Assembly (NCBI GenBank): GCA_937935355.1
Contig: CALGYR010000100.1
Coordinates: forward strand, 3,566 to 67,565
Reading direction: 5' to 3'
Length of the DNA stretch: 64,000 nt
Source: an uncultured bacterium
GTDB taxonomy: Bacteria > Planctomycetota > SZUA-567 > JAKLDR01
In this document: positions 49,405 through 56,694 of the stretch, in pieces
How positions within the stretch are numbered: position 1 is the first letter of the stretch
Layout of the letters: the number at the start of each line of letters is the position of its first letter
Program-made: the position numbers and the translations under genes
The notes under the pieces: generated by a model
Databases searched by the model: none
Told to the model about the DNA's origin: nothing
Seen by the model: only the letters and a program-made list of their open reading frames with translations

Positions 49405-50345
49405 TGGCTCTGCTTGCCGAATACGCTCTGACCCCGGACGTCTTCGACTCGGCTTCCTACGCCGGCGAGGAGATCGGCGATCTGCACCTGTCCCATCTCA
49501 AGGAGGCGCTCCTGGACGACGGGGTTGTCCGGAGCCTGCGTAACGGCGAGTGGCTGGCGCAGTTTAGCGGTGACGGTCGCATGTGGCACCGCCGCGGCAA
49601 GGAGCTACTTCACAAGCTGGACAAGCAAGGACGGCTGAGGGCCTGCGCCCCCGTGGGCAACGCCTGCCCGGCAGTTGACTGTGACTGGTGCCATGAGGCC
49701 TTGGGTTCTCACGCCCGTCTCCCGCTTGGCGGGATCGTGGTGACAGACTGTGTCGCGTCAGCCTTCGTGGGGAACCCACTGGTGGCCTCGGTCACGAAGC
49801 TCCCGGCAGCACAATGGTGGAGCGAGCGAAGCCCATCGGCCCGTCTGGTACGGACGAAAGTCGAGTACCAGCGGCACCTTGGCCTGCTTCTGGAGTGTTC
49901 GCGGTCCATTGCCTTCATCGACGCACATCTGGATCCCAGCCAAGGCCGCTACAAGGACTTCGTTGCCATCCTCGCCGGCATGGCGGGCATGAAGCGGGTG
50001 CCGCGGATAGAACTGCATCGCGTATGCCACTCGCAGTTGCGCGGAGAGAAGCCCGACAAGAGGCCGGATCCCGAGCTCAGGCCACTGTTCTTGCGAGAGC
50101 TGTCCTCCCCGTTGAAGGCGGCCGGAATGTCCATCGAGGCGTTCTTCTGGGACGACTTCCATGATCGCCACATCGTCAGCAATCTTGCGGTCCTGCATCT
50201 GGGCAATGGCCTGGATACCACCACCCATCCAAGCGCGATGACTACGTGGACTAGGCTAGGTCGACGTGAAGCCGACGATGTGCGGCGTGAGTTCGATCCT
50301 GCAAGCGGTCGCCACACGCTGGTAGAACGCTTCCCCATTCCATGA
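49404..50345 (+). CDS. hypothetical protein (313 aa), partner of the ATPase
   Basis: A 1 nt TGATG overlap with the ATPase stop. No recognisable domain. Confidence 0.5.
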   Translation: MALLAEYALTPDVFDSASYAGEEIGDLHLSHLKEALLDDGVVRSLRNGEWLAQFSGDGRMWHRRGKELLHKLDKQGRLRACAPVGNACPAVDCDWCHEALGSHARLPLGGIVVTDCVASAFVGNPLVASVTKLPAAQWWSERSPSARLVRTKVEYQRHLGLLLECSRSIAFIDAHLDPSQGRYKDFVAILAGMAGMKRVPRIELHRVCHSQLRGEKPDKRPDPELRPLFLRELSSPLKAAGMSIEAFFWDDFHDRHIVSNLAVLHLGNGLDTTTHPSAMTTWTRLGRREADDVRREFDPASGRHTLVERFPIP

Positions 50346-50608
50346 AACGCCGCAAAGCCAATCCCCAACCCGAATTCGAGCCCACCCGCATCTCGGGCTT
50401 CCGCCCCGTGGCGTTCTTCTTCGCCCTGATCGCCTTCTACCTCCTGGGCCTGACCATCTGGAGCCCATTCTACATCCTCTGGCCCCGCCGCTACCCGGGG
50501 ACGAACTGGTTCCAGTCCGTGGCCATCCGCGGCAGCCTGGTCTGGCAGCTCTGGTCGCGGTACGTCTTTGGGCAGGCCTGGGGGCTGCTGCGCGGCCGGC
50601 ACCGGTAG
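50342..50608 (+). CDS. small membrane protein (88 aa)
   Basis: ATGA overlap with the upstream stop. Two hydrophobic helices: 'FRPVAFFFALIAFYLLGLTIW'. Confidence 0.45.
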   Translation: MKRRKANPQPEFEPTRISGFRPVAFFFALIAFYLLGLTIWSPFYILWPRRYPGTNWFQSVAIRGSLVWQLWSRYVFGQAWGLLRGRHR

Positions 50609-50609
50609 G

Positions 50610-50640
50610 GTTCTCAACCACGAAACACACGAAATACACG
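50610..50640. repeat. three direct 9-bp CACGAAANN units
   Basis: 'cacgaaacacacgaaatacacgaaaga', immediately after the stop of the small TM gene. Confidence 0.55.
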
Positions 50641-50739
50641 AAAGAGGCTTCGAGAGCCGCCGAACGGTGAGCAGGAAGTGTTTCGCCGAGGTTAGCTACC
50701 AAGCCTTCGTGAGGGGCCGGAACCGGGGACATGGAGACC

Positions 50740-50860
50740 CGGTCGTTGTTGTTGTTCACACAGAGCCGCGGAGCCACGGAGAACGGCAAACCAGGCCGTT
50801 GTTGTCCTCTGTGTCTCTGCGTCTCCGTGTGAGAAACAGCCGTTGCTGTTGCCATCATCC
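50740..50860. repeat. family D hairpin
   Basis: 'cacacagagccgcggagccacggagaacgg-N25-gtcctctgtgtctctgcgtctccgtgtgagaa'. Confidence 0.65.
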
Positions 50861-50866
50861 TGCACG

Positions 50867-51685
50867 TCACAAGTCCTCCGCCGCGTACACCAACTCCTTC
50901 TGGAGCTTGGTGAGGGCTCTCTGGGCCTGGCTCCGCAGCTGCCAGAGACGGTCCAGATCGCCGGGGTCGCTCACCGCCGCCTGGGCCAGTTCGGCGCTGG
51001 CGCGCAGGAGCGCCAGGGCGGTGCTCTGCAATGCCGGCCCCCCCTTCAGCTTCCGGGTGGTGTTCACGATCCCGTCGATGACGGGCTGCCAGTCAGCGCG
51101 GGGTTTGCTTGCTTTTGTGGGGGCCGGCTGCGCCAGTTCCGGTTCCAGCGTCGTGACGACTTGGTCGCGGCGCTTGGCGGTCGCGTACTCTTCCCTTAAC
51201 CTGGCGCGGATACCGGGGCCGAAGGTCATGGGGTAGGTGGCAAGCCAGCCGTCGTAGACTATCCTGCTCTTGAACGGCAACAGCACCGTTCGCACCATTA
51301 CAGGCATGGGCCCCAGGCTGAACAAGTCCTCGAAGCTCTCGGACAGGCCCAAAACTCCGTAGGCGCGCGAACCGCCGAGCAGGATGGCGTGGTTCTTCAG
51401 AAACCGGAAGACATAGAAGTCGCCGGCCACGAAGCGTTTCCACTTCTGTACGATCTCCAGTTCGTCCGCCGGCAGTTTGTCCGGATTGTCCCTGACGTAG
51501 GCGTCGATCAGGTCCGGTTCCTTCCACAATGCCTCCCTTGTCCGGTACTTATCGTCTTTGGGCAACGCGGCAAACGCCTCCGCGGACGTGGTATCCGGGA
51601 GCAGGCCGCGCTGTCTGCCGACGTAGGACTGAAGTCCCCATATCAAGCGATAGAACAGGGCGGCTTCTTCCTTCTCCAACTTCAC
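50867..51685 (-). CDS. hypothetical protein (about 272 aa)
   Basis: The listed 411 aa ORF has a GC-artefact N-terminus. The real start is probably the GTG at 51685, overlapping the upstream stop (GTGA). Confidence 0.45.
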   Translation of the reverse strand: MKLEKEEAALFYRLIWGLQSYVGRQRGLLPDTTSAEAFAALPKDDKYRTREALWKEPDLIDAYVRDNPDKLPADELEIVQKWKRFVAGDFYVFRFLKNHAILLGGSRAYGVLGLSESFEDLFSLGPMPVMVRTVLLPFKSRIVYDGWLATYPMTFGPGIRARLREEYATAKRRDQVVTTLEPELAQPAPTKASKPRADWQPVIDGIVNTTRKLKGGPALQSTALALLRASAELAQAAVSDPGDLDRLWQLRSQAQRALTKLQKELVYAAEDL

Positions 51686-52078
51686 GTCCTTCCCCTGCCA
51701 GGCCGGCCGGCTGCGTGGTCCCCGGCTTCGCCCTCTCCGGCGTGGCCCCGCCGGAGCCCTTCGAGCGCCTCGATTCTCGCCCGGGTCTCCTCCGACAGGT
51801 TCTCCACATGTTCCGGGCCCAGGAGGTCGTGCTGCTTCAACTGGAACAGCTTGGCGAAGAGCGTCGACCGGCTCCAGTCGTCGAAGCAGTCGGCGACGAT
51901 GCGGTTGGAGTCCTTGAGGTGCCGGTAGAGCCGGCGGTATTTGTCGGCTTCGGACTGCCCGGCGGCCGCGAGGATGTCCATCGACTGCCGGTTGATGCGC
52001 CCGAACAGGGCGGCGAGCAGCTCCTCCTGGGCCTTCCGCATGTACTTCCAGTCGCGCTCGGGGATGTCTCTGGACATG
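51682..52078 (-). CDS. hypothetical protein (132 aa)
   Basis: Starts at 'MSRDIPERDWKYMRKAQEEL'. Coupled to its flanking genes by overlaps. Confidence 0.45.
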
Positions 52079-52079
52079 C

Positions 52080-52607
52080 TTAGCCTCCCGTTCTCTCCGC
52101 ACCCCGGCCGCCCCTCGCCCGGGTCCACTCCCGGGATGGCGGGGGCTCCGCTATGGGCGGCTCGATGCCTGCCGGGAACCATCCGCCGCGGGTCATTTGC
52201 AGCTCCTTGTAGGTTTTGAACATGAAGGCATGTTTGAGGACTTCGGCCGGAGGCCTGGGGTGCTTCATGTTCTCCCGCCAGTGCTTCTTCTCCAGTGTGC
52301 CGAAGACCAGATAGTCGCCGCCGATCAAGTCGGGGTCCAACTCCACGAACAGGTCGGTGAGCAGGCGTTCGATCTCGTGCTTGTGGGCGGCCAACAGGTC
52401 GCAGCCCCGGCAGTAGCGGCAGGTGTAGTTGAGGGCGACCATCCGCTTCTCGCCGACGTCGATCAGCAGGGGAAGCTTGCGCTGTCCGGTCTTGCGGTGG
52501 CAGACAGGGCAGATCGAGAGCCGCACGTCGGGATAGGGGTTCATGATGAACCCGTATCTGCGGGGCGGCTCCCCTGCACTCGGATCCCAGGCCTTGGCCA
52601 TATCCAT
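52080..52607 (-). CDS. hypothetical zinc-ribbon protein
   Basis: 'CPVCHRK...CRYCRGC', a four-Cys arrangement. Confidence 0.5.
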   Translation of the reverse strand: MDMAKAWDPSAGEPPRRYGFIMNPYPDVRLSICPVCHRKTGQRKLPLLIDVGEKRMVALNYTCRYCRGCDLLAAHKHEIERLLTDLFVELDPDLIGGDYLVFGTLEKKHWRENMKHPRPPAEVLKHAFMFKTYKELQMTRGGWFPAGIEPPIAEPPPSREWTRARGGRGAERTGG

Positions 52608-52623
52608 ATGTTGTCTCCTGTCG

Positions 52624-53370
52624 CTACTTGCGTTGTTCTTCGGCGCCCCCCGGTCCCCGGTCCTCCATGTTCACCTCAAGGCCGTTCTCCCGGCACCACT
52701 CGAGAATGGCCGCTCGGGTCGCCTCATTCTCGAAATCGTGCCACTTCTGGAGCAGGCCGTGGCGCTCGAGCAGGTCCTTGTAGCGGCCGTAGGCGCCGCG
52801 CCGGCTGAAAATCCGGCCGACCTCCCCGGCGAGCTGCGGCGCGTGCCGGTTCACGAAGTTCCCGACCAGGTCGGCGCCCAGGTCCAGGTCGTTCTTGTGA
52901 GGGATCGAGAGGTAGTCTTCCCCGCCCGCGTCCTCGGGCATCTCGTCCATGTCCGCCATCTCGGAGGAGAAGAAGGTCTGCCCCGTCTTCCGGTGGATGC
53001 AGGCGGAGTGATCGCCGTACGGTGCAGAACCCACGAAGTCGAACGCCATTTCGACTTCGGAAAACTTGATGGCCATGCGCTTCTCCTTTGACAGGTTGTC
53101 CGGCTTGGAAACTCCAGCGTCCGGGGGCTGCTGCGCGGCTGCGTCTCTGTTCAACTCGTACTGGTAGAGCTCCTCCCACATCTCGTTCTGGGCAAGCCAG
53201 ACGGGGTCGGCGTTCCTGGCGACGAATTCGTCGACGGGCATCCCGTCGATGGTCGGCGGACGCCTTACCCGCTTCTGCTTGCCGTTGACGAAGATGGTCA
53301 TGAACTCGAGCCGGCGCCGCCGTTTCTCGGCCTTCTCCTTGGCGGTCAGCTTGCGCTTGCGGCGTGACAC
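52624..53370 (-). CDS. hypothetical protein with Lys/Arg-rich N-terminus
   Basis: 'MSRRKRKLTAKEKAEKRRRRLEF'. No recognisable domain. Confidence 0.5.
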   Translation of the reverse strand: MSRRKRKLTAKEKAEKRRRRLEFMTIFVNGKQKRVRRPPTIDGMPVDEFVARNADPVWLAQNEMWEELYQYELNRDAAAQQPPDAGVSKPDNLSKEKRMAIKFSEVEMAFDFVGSAPYGDHSACIHRKTGQTFFSSEMADMDEMPEDAGGEDYLSIPHKNDLDLGADLVGNFVNRHAPQLAGEVGRIFSRRGAYGRYKDLLERHGLLQKWHDFENEATRAAILEWCRENGLEVNMEDRGPGGAEEQRK

Positions 53371-53379
53371 GGGGTGCCG

Positions 53380-54078
53380 TCAGCCGTTCTTGGGCCAGGC
53401 TTCCAAGCGTTCAAGCCACGTCCGGAAGAGCGGGCACTGAGCTCTGATGGCCTCCAACCCTATCTCCAGGACGGCTAAGGTCCCCATGACGGGCTTCTCA
53501 TAGCCGGGCAGCAGCGATTCCACGCGCTTCGACGGGGCCGTCTGAGGGGAATCGTTCACCTCCTCGGGGCTGGCGAAATCGTCCCGTATAGCCTGGAACG
53601 CCGGAGCCAGATCGGGGTGTCCGATTCCGCCGGCGAACCGGGAGCAGTCGCTGAAGAGCAGCCCCTCGAACTCGTGCATCATCACATAGGGAATGAACCG
53701 GCCCGGGTTGAAATCCTCGCCCATCCCTCTACAGACATCCGCCAGCAGGGCGTTCTCGACGGTTGAAGCTTTCTGTGGAAACGGCAAGCGGCCCGCATCG
53801 GCCCGACCGGGCCAGGCCCTGGGACCGCTGCAGGGCAGTCCGTAGTAGTCCACCATGGTCGTTACCAGGCATTCCCCATCCTGCTTGAGGTGGTTCCGAA
53901 TGTCGCCCCGTACTTCCCCCCAGCCGCGGATGCCACCGCGGCGTTGGCGCTGCCGTGCGTTGCCGAGGAGCCGGGCGCCGACCGCCGTGTAGCCATGCTC
54001 GTAAAGGTGGGCCGCGAGCACCTGAGTGACGAAGGATTCCTCCGTCTCGCCTTCCACGTGGACCAGCAATCTAGCCAT
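53380..54078 (-). CDS. DUF4276 family protein (Toprim-like)
   Basis: N-terminal 'MARLLVHVEGETEESFV' resembles the DUF4276/Toprim 'VEGxxE' signature. An 8 bp overlap with the upstream ATPase. Confidence 0.65.
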   Translation of the reverse strand: MARLLVHVEGETEESFVTQVLAAHLYEHGYTAVGARLLGNARQRQRRGGIRGWGEVRGDIRNHLKQDGECLVTTMVDYYGLPCSGPRAWPGRADAGRLPFPQKASTVENALLADVCRGMGEDFNPGRFIPYVMMHEFEGLLFSDCSRFAGGIGHPDLAPAFQAIRDDFASPEEVNDSPQTAPSKRVESLLPGYEKPVMGTLAVLEIGLEAIRAQCPLFRTWLERLEAWPKNG

Positions 54079-55189
54079 GGGCGCGTTCCGCCCCAGGCCG
54101 GCCGCCGAACTCGTTCTTTTCCCAGAGCTGGCCGAGGCTGTAGTTCTCGAGCCATGTGGCCAGCTTGGCGGACTCCAGACGGGTGAACTCGGTTCCCCCG
54201 TGTGCCCGGTCGGCCACCAGCACATCCTCCGGTGCAAAATGGTCCAGGAGGAGAGGTGATTGGGTGGAGACGATGGCCTGTGTCTTGATCGAGGCCTGCT
54301 TGATCAGCGAGGCCAGCATGGTTATGGCGTAGGGATGCAGGCCCAGCTCCGGCTCGTCCACGAGAATAACCGAAGGTCTGTGGGCCTCCGGCTGCATGAA
54401 GAGGGTCGTCAGCGCGATGAAACGCAGCGTCCCGTCCGAGAGCGAGGAGGCGTCGAAGTAGGCCTCGGAGCCCTTGTGCCGCCACTCCAGACGGATCTTG
54501 TCCGGATTGAGCTTCTGCGGCTCCAGCATGAAGTCGTCGAAGAACGGGGTGACCAACTGGACCGTCTTGCGGATGAGGTTGTAGGATGTCTGGTGCTTGA
54601 GCCGAAGATAGTAGAGGAAGGCGGCGAGGTTCGAGCCGTCCGGGCGGAGGTAACGGTTGTCGTTCACGTCGGCCGTCTTCTTCATGGGCGACGAATCGCT
54701 GGTGTCGTGAAAATGGTAGAGCCGCCAGCTGCCGAGGCGGAAGCGAACGTACTTGGCGGTTCGCTCGCAGCCCGGATCGCTGATGCCAGCCTCCGCGCCC
54801 CTCGGCGCGATCCCGCTCTCATAGGGCTTTTCGTAGTGGGCCTTGTCCCAGTAGTAGCCGGTCTCGGCGGTACGGCGCAATTGATCGCCGGCTGCGGGCT
54901 CCAGGGTTATGGCGTACTGGTTGACGCCTTCCTGGAAGGAGATGTGAATCTCCAGCTTCTGAGTGGTCTTCGAGCCGAAGTGCAGCACCTTGTCGGCGCC
55001 GCCGGCCTTGGCGACGTAGTCCTGCAGGTGCCCCTCCCGGATGGCGTGGAGGAAGGCGAAGACGCCGATGAAGTTGGACTTGCCCGAGCCGTTGGGGCCG
55101 ATGACCACGTTGATGGGCCCGAGCTTCAGATTCTCGACGGAAGCGATGCTCTTGAAGCCCTTCACGGTGATGCTGTCTAGCTCAGCCAT
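54071..55189 (-). CDS. AAA family ATPase (AAA_21/SMC-like ABC ATPase)
   Basis: Walker A 'VIGPNGSGKSNF' and Walker B/D-loop 'ILVDEPELGLHP'. It is the usual partner of DUF4276. Confidence 0.8.
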   Translation of the reverse strand: MAELDSITVKGFKSIASVENLKLGPINVVIGPNGSGKSNFIGVFAFLHAIREGHLQDYVAKAGGADKVLHFGSKTTQKLEIHISFQEGVNQYAITLEPAAGDQLRRTAETGYYWDKAHYEKPYESGIAPRGAEAGISDPGCERTAKYVRFRLGSWRLYHFHDTSDSSPMKKTADVNDNRYLRPDGSNLAAFLYYLRLKHQTSYNLIRKTVQLVTPFFDDFMLEPQKLNPDKIRLEWRHKGSEAYFDASSLSDGTLRFIALTTLFMQPEAHRPSVILVDEPELGLHPYAITMLASLIKQASIKTQAIVSTQSPLLLDHFAPEDVLVADRAHGGTEFTRLESAKLATWLENYSLGQLWEKNEFGGRPGAERAHG

Positions 55190-55408
55190 TGCGCGATTCC
55201 TCTGCCGGACCGTCCGGCATTGTAGCGGGCCGGGCGGCGGTTGCATGGACATGATACTTCGGGCAGGAGGGCGGTCAAGGATGATCATCTGTCGGCGCCA
55301 TGCCCGCGGCCTGGAGGACCAACACGCCCATACCGATCGGCCGCCCCCGGGATGATTCCCCCCTCCGCCCGTCGTTTAGTCAGTGCGCCGAGGGGGAGCC
55401 GCACTACT

Positions 55409-56389
55409 ATGGAAACCGCCTTCGAACGCGCCGTAACTGCCGCCATCGGCGACGAGCTGCACGCCGTCGAGATCGACACCATCCAGGCCAACCTGGGGCT
55501 GCGCTGCGACCTGGCCTGCGCGCACTGCCACCTGGACGCCTCTCCGGACCGGGTCGAGTCCATGGAGTGGCCGGTGATGGCACAGCTGGTGGAGGCCGCC
55601 CAGAACTCGGGCTGCCGCCAAGTCGAGCTCACCGGCGCCGCGCCCGAGCTGCATCCCGACTTCCGGCGGTTGGTGGCGGCGCTCCGCGAGGCCGAGGTTG
55701 GCGTGGAGTTGCGCACCAACTTCACGGCGCTGCTCGCCGAGGGCAACGAGGACCTGCCGGAGTTCCTGCGCGATCAGGGCGTGCGGGTGGTCGGCTCGCT
55801 GCCGTGCTACATGGAGGAGAACGTCGACGCCCAGAGGGGGGAGGGCGTCTTCGCGCTCAGCATGCAGGCGATGCGGCGGCTCAACGAGCTCGGCTACGGC
55901 CGCGGCATCGACCTGTCTCTCGACCTCGTCCACAACCCGGTCGGCGCCTTTCTGCCGCCCAGGCAGGAGGTCCTGGAGGCCGACTATCGCCTGGAGCTTG
56001 ACCGCCGCTACGGCGTGAGCTTCAACCGCCTGTTCGTCATGAACAACTCCGCCATGGGCCGCTTCCTGACGGCGCTGCGCGAGCAGGGGCGGGAGGGCGT
56101 CTACCAGCGGCTGCTCGAGGAGTCCTTCAATCCGGCGACCCTCGACGGCCTGATGTGCCGCCACCTGGTGGCCGTCCGCTGGGACGGGACGATCTTCGAC
56201 TGCGACTTCAACCTGGCGCTCGGCCTGCCCGTCCACCACGCGGTCCCGAACCGACTGGAGGAGTTCGAGCCTCTGGAACTGGCCGGCCGCAAGATCATGC
56301 TCGGAGAGCACTGCTTCGGCTGCGCCGCCGGCCACGGCTCGGGCTGCACAGGTGCACTCTCGGCGACCACGGCGGGGGAGAGGATGTGA
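55409..56389 (+). CDS. radical SAM/Cys-rich domain protein (ArsS-like, TIGR04167-type)
   Basis: Radical SAM 'CDLACAHCH' and a C-terminal Cys-rich 'CFGCAAGHGSGCTGAL'. Confidence 0.75.
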   Translation: METAFERAVTAAIGDELHAVEIDTIQANLGLRCDLACAHCHLDASPDRVESMEWPVMAQLVEAAQNSGCRQVELTGAAPELHPDFRRLVAALREAEVGVELRTNFTALLAEGNEDLPEFLRDQGVRVVGSLPCYMEENVDAQRGEGVFALSMQAMRRLNELGYGRGIDLSLDLVHNPVGAFLPPRQEVLEADYRLELDRRYGVSFNRLFVMNNSAMGRFLTALREQGREGVYQRLLEESFNPATLDGLMCRHLVAVRWDGTIFDCDFNLALGLPVHHAVPNRLEEFEPLELAGRKIMLGEHCFGCAAGHGSGCTGALSATTAGERM

Positions 56390-56393
56390 GGCC

Positions 56394-56570
56394 TGGTGGA
56401 AGGTGGAAGGTTGAAGGTGGAGGTGAACCGGGTTCGTTAGGCTGAAGCCGGAGGGCGGACGCGCGGAGCCGCCCTCGGCTTCCATCTTTCACCATCCATC
56501 TTCCACCGTAAACCTCCACCCTCCACCTTCCACCCTCCACCTGCCACCTCCCACCCGCCAATCTTCCTTC
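56394..56570. repeat. family A composite hairpin (GGTGGAAGG arms flanking an inner perfect hairpin)
   Basis: Left arm 'ggtggaaggtggaaggttgaaggtggaggtg'. Inner stem 'gaagccgagggcgg...ccgccctcggcttc'. Right arm 'caccatccatcttccacc...ctccaccctccaccttccaccctccacctgccacctcccacc'. Confidence 0.75.
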
Positions 56571-56694
56571 CCCGATTGACATTGTCGTCCCTTCGGTGTA
56601 TCTACTCCGGAGCCAAAGCAGCACGTTGCGGCGTCCGACGCGGCAGACTTGACGGTCGTTCCATCGATACGTAGTCCGGGCCGGGGAACCGCGG

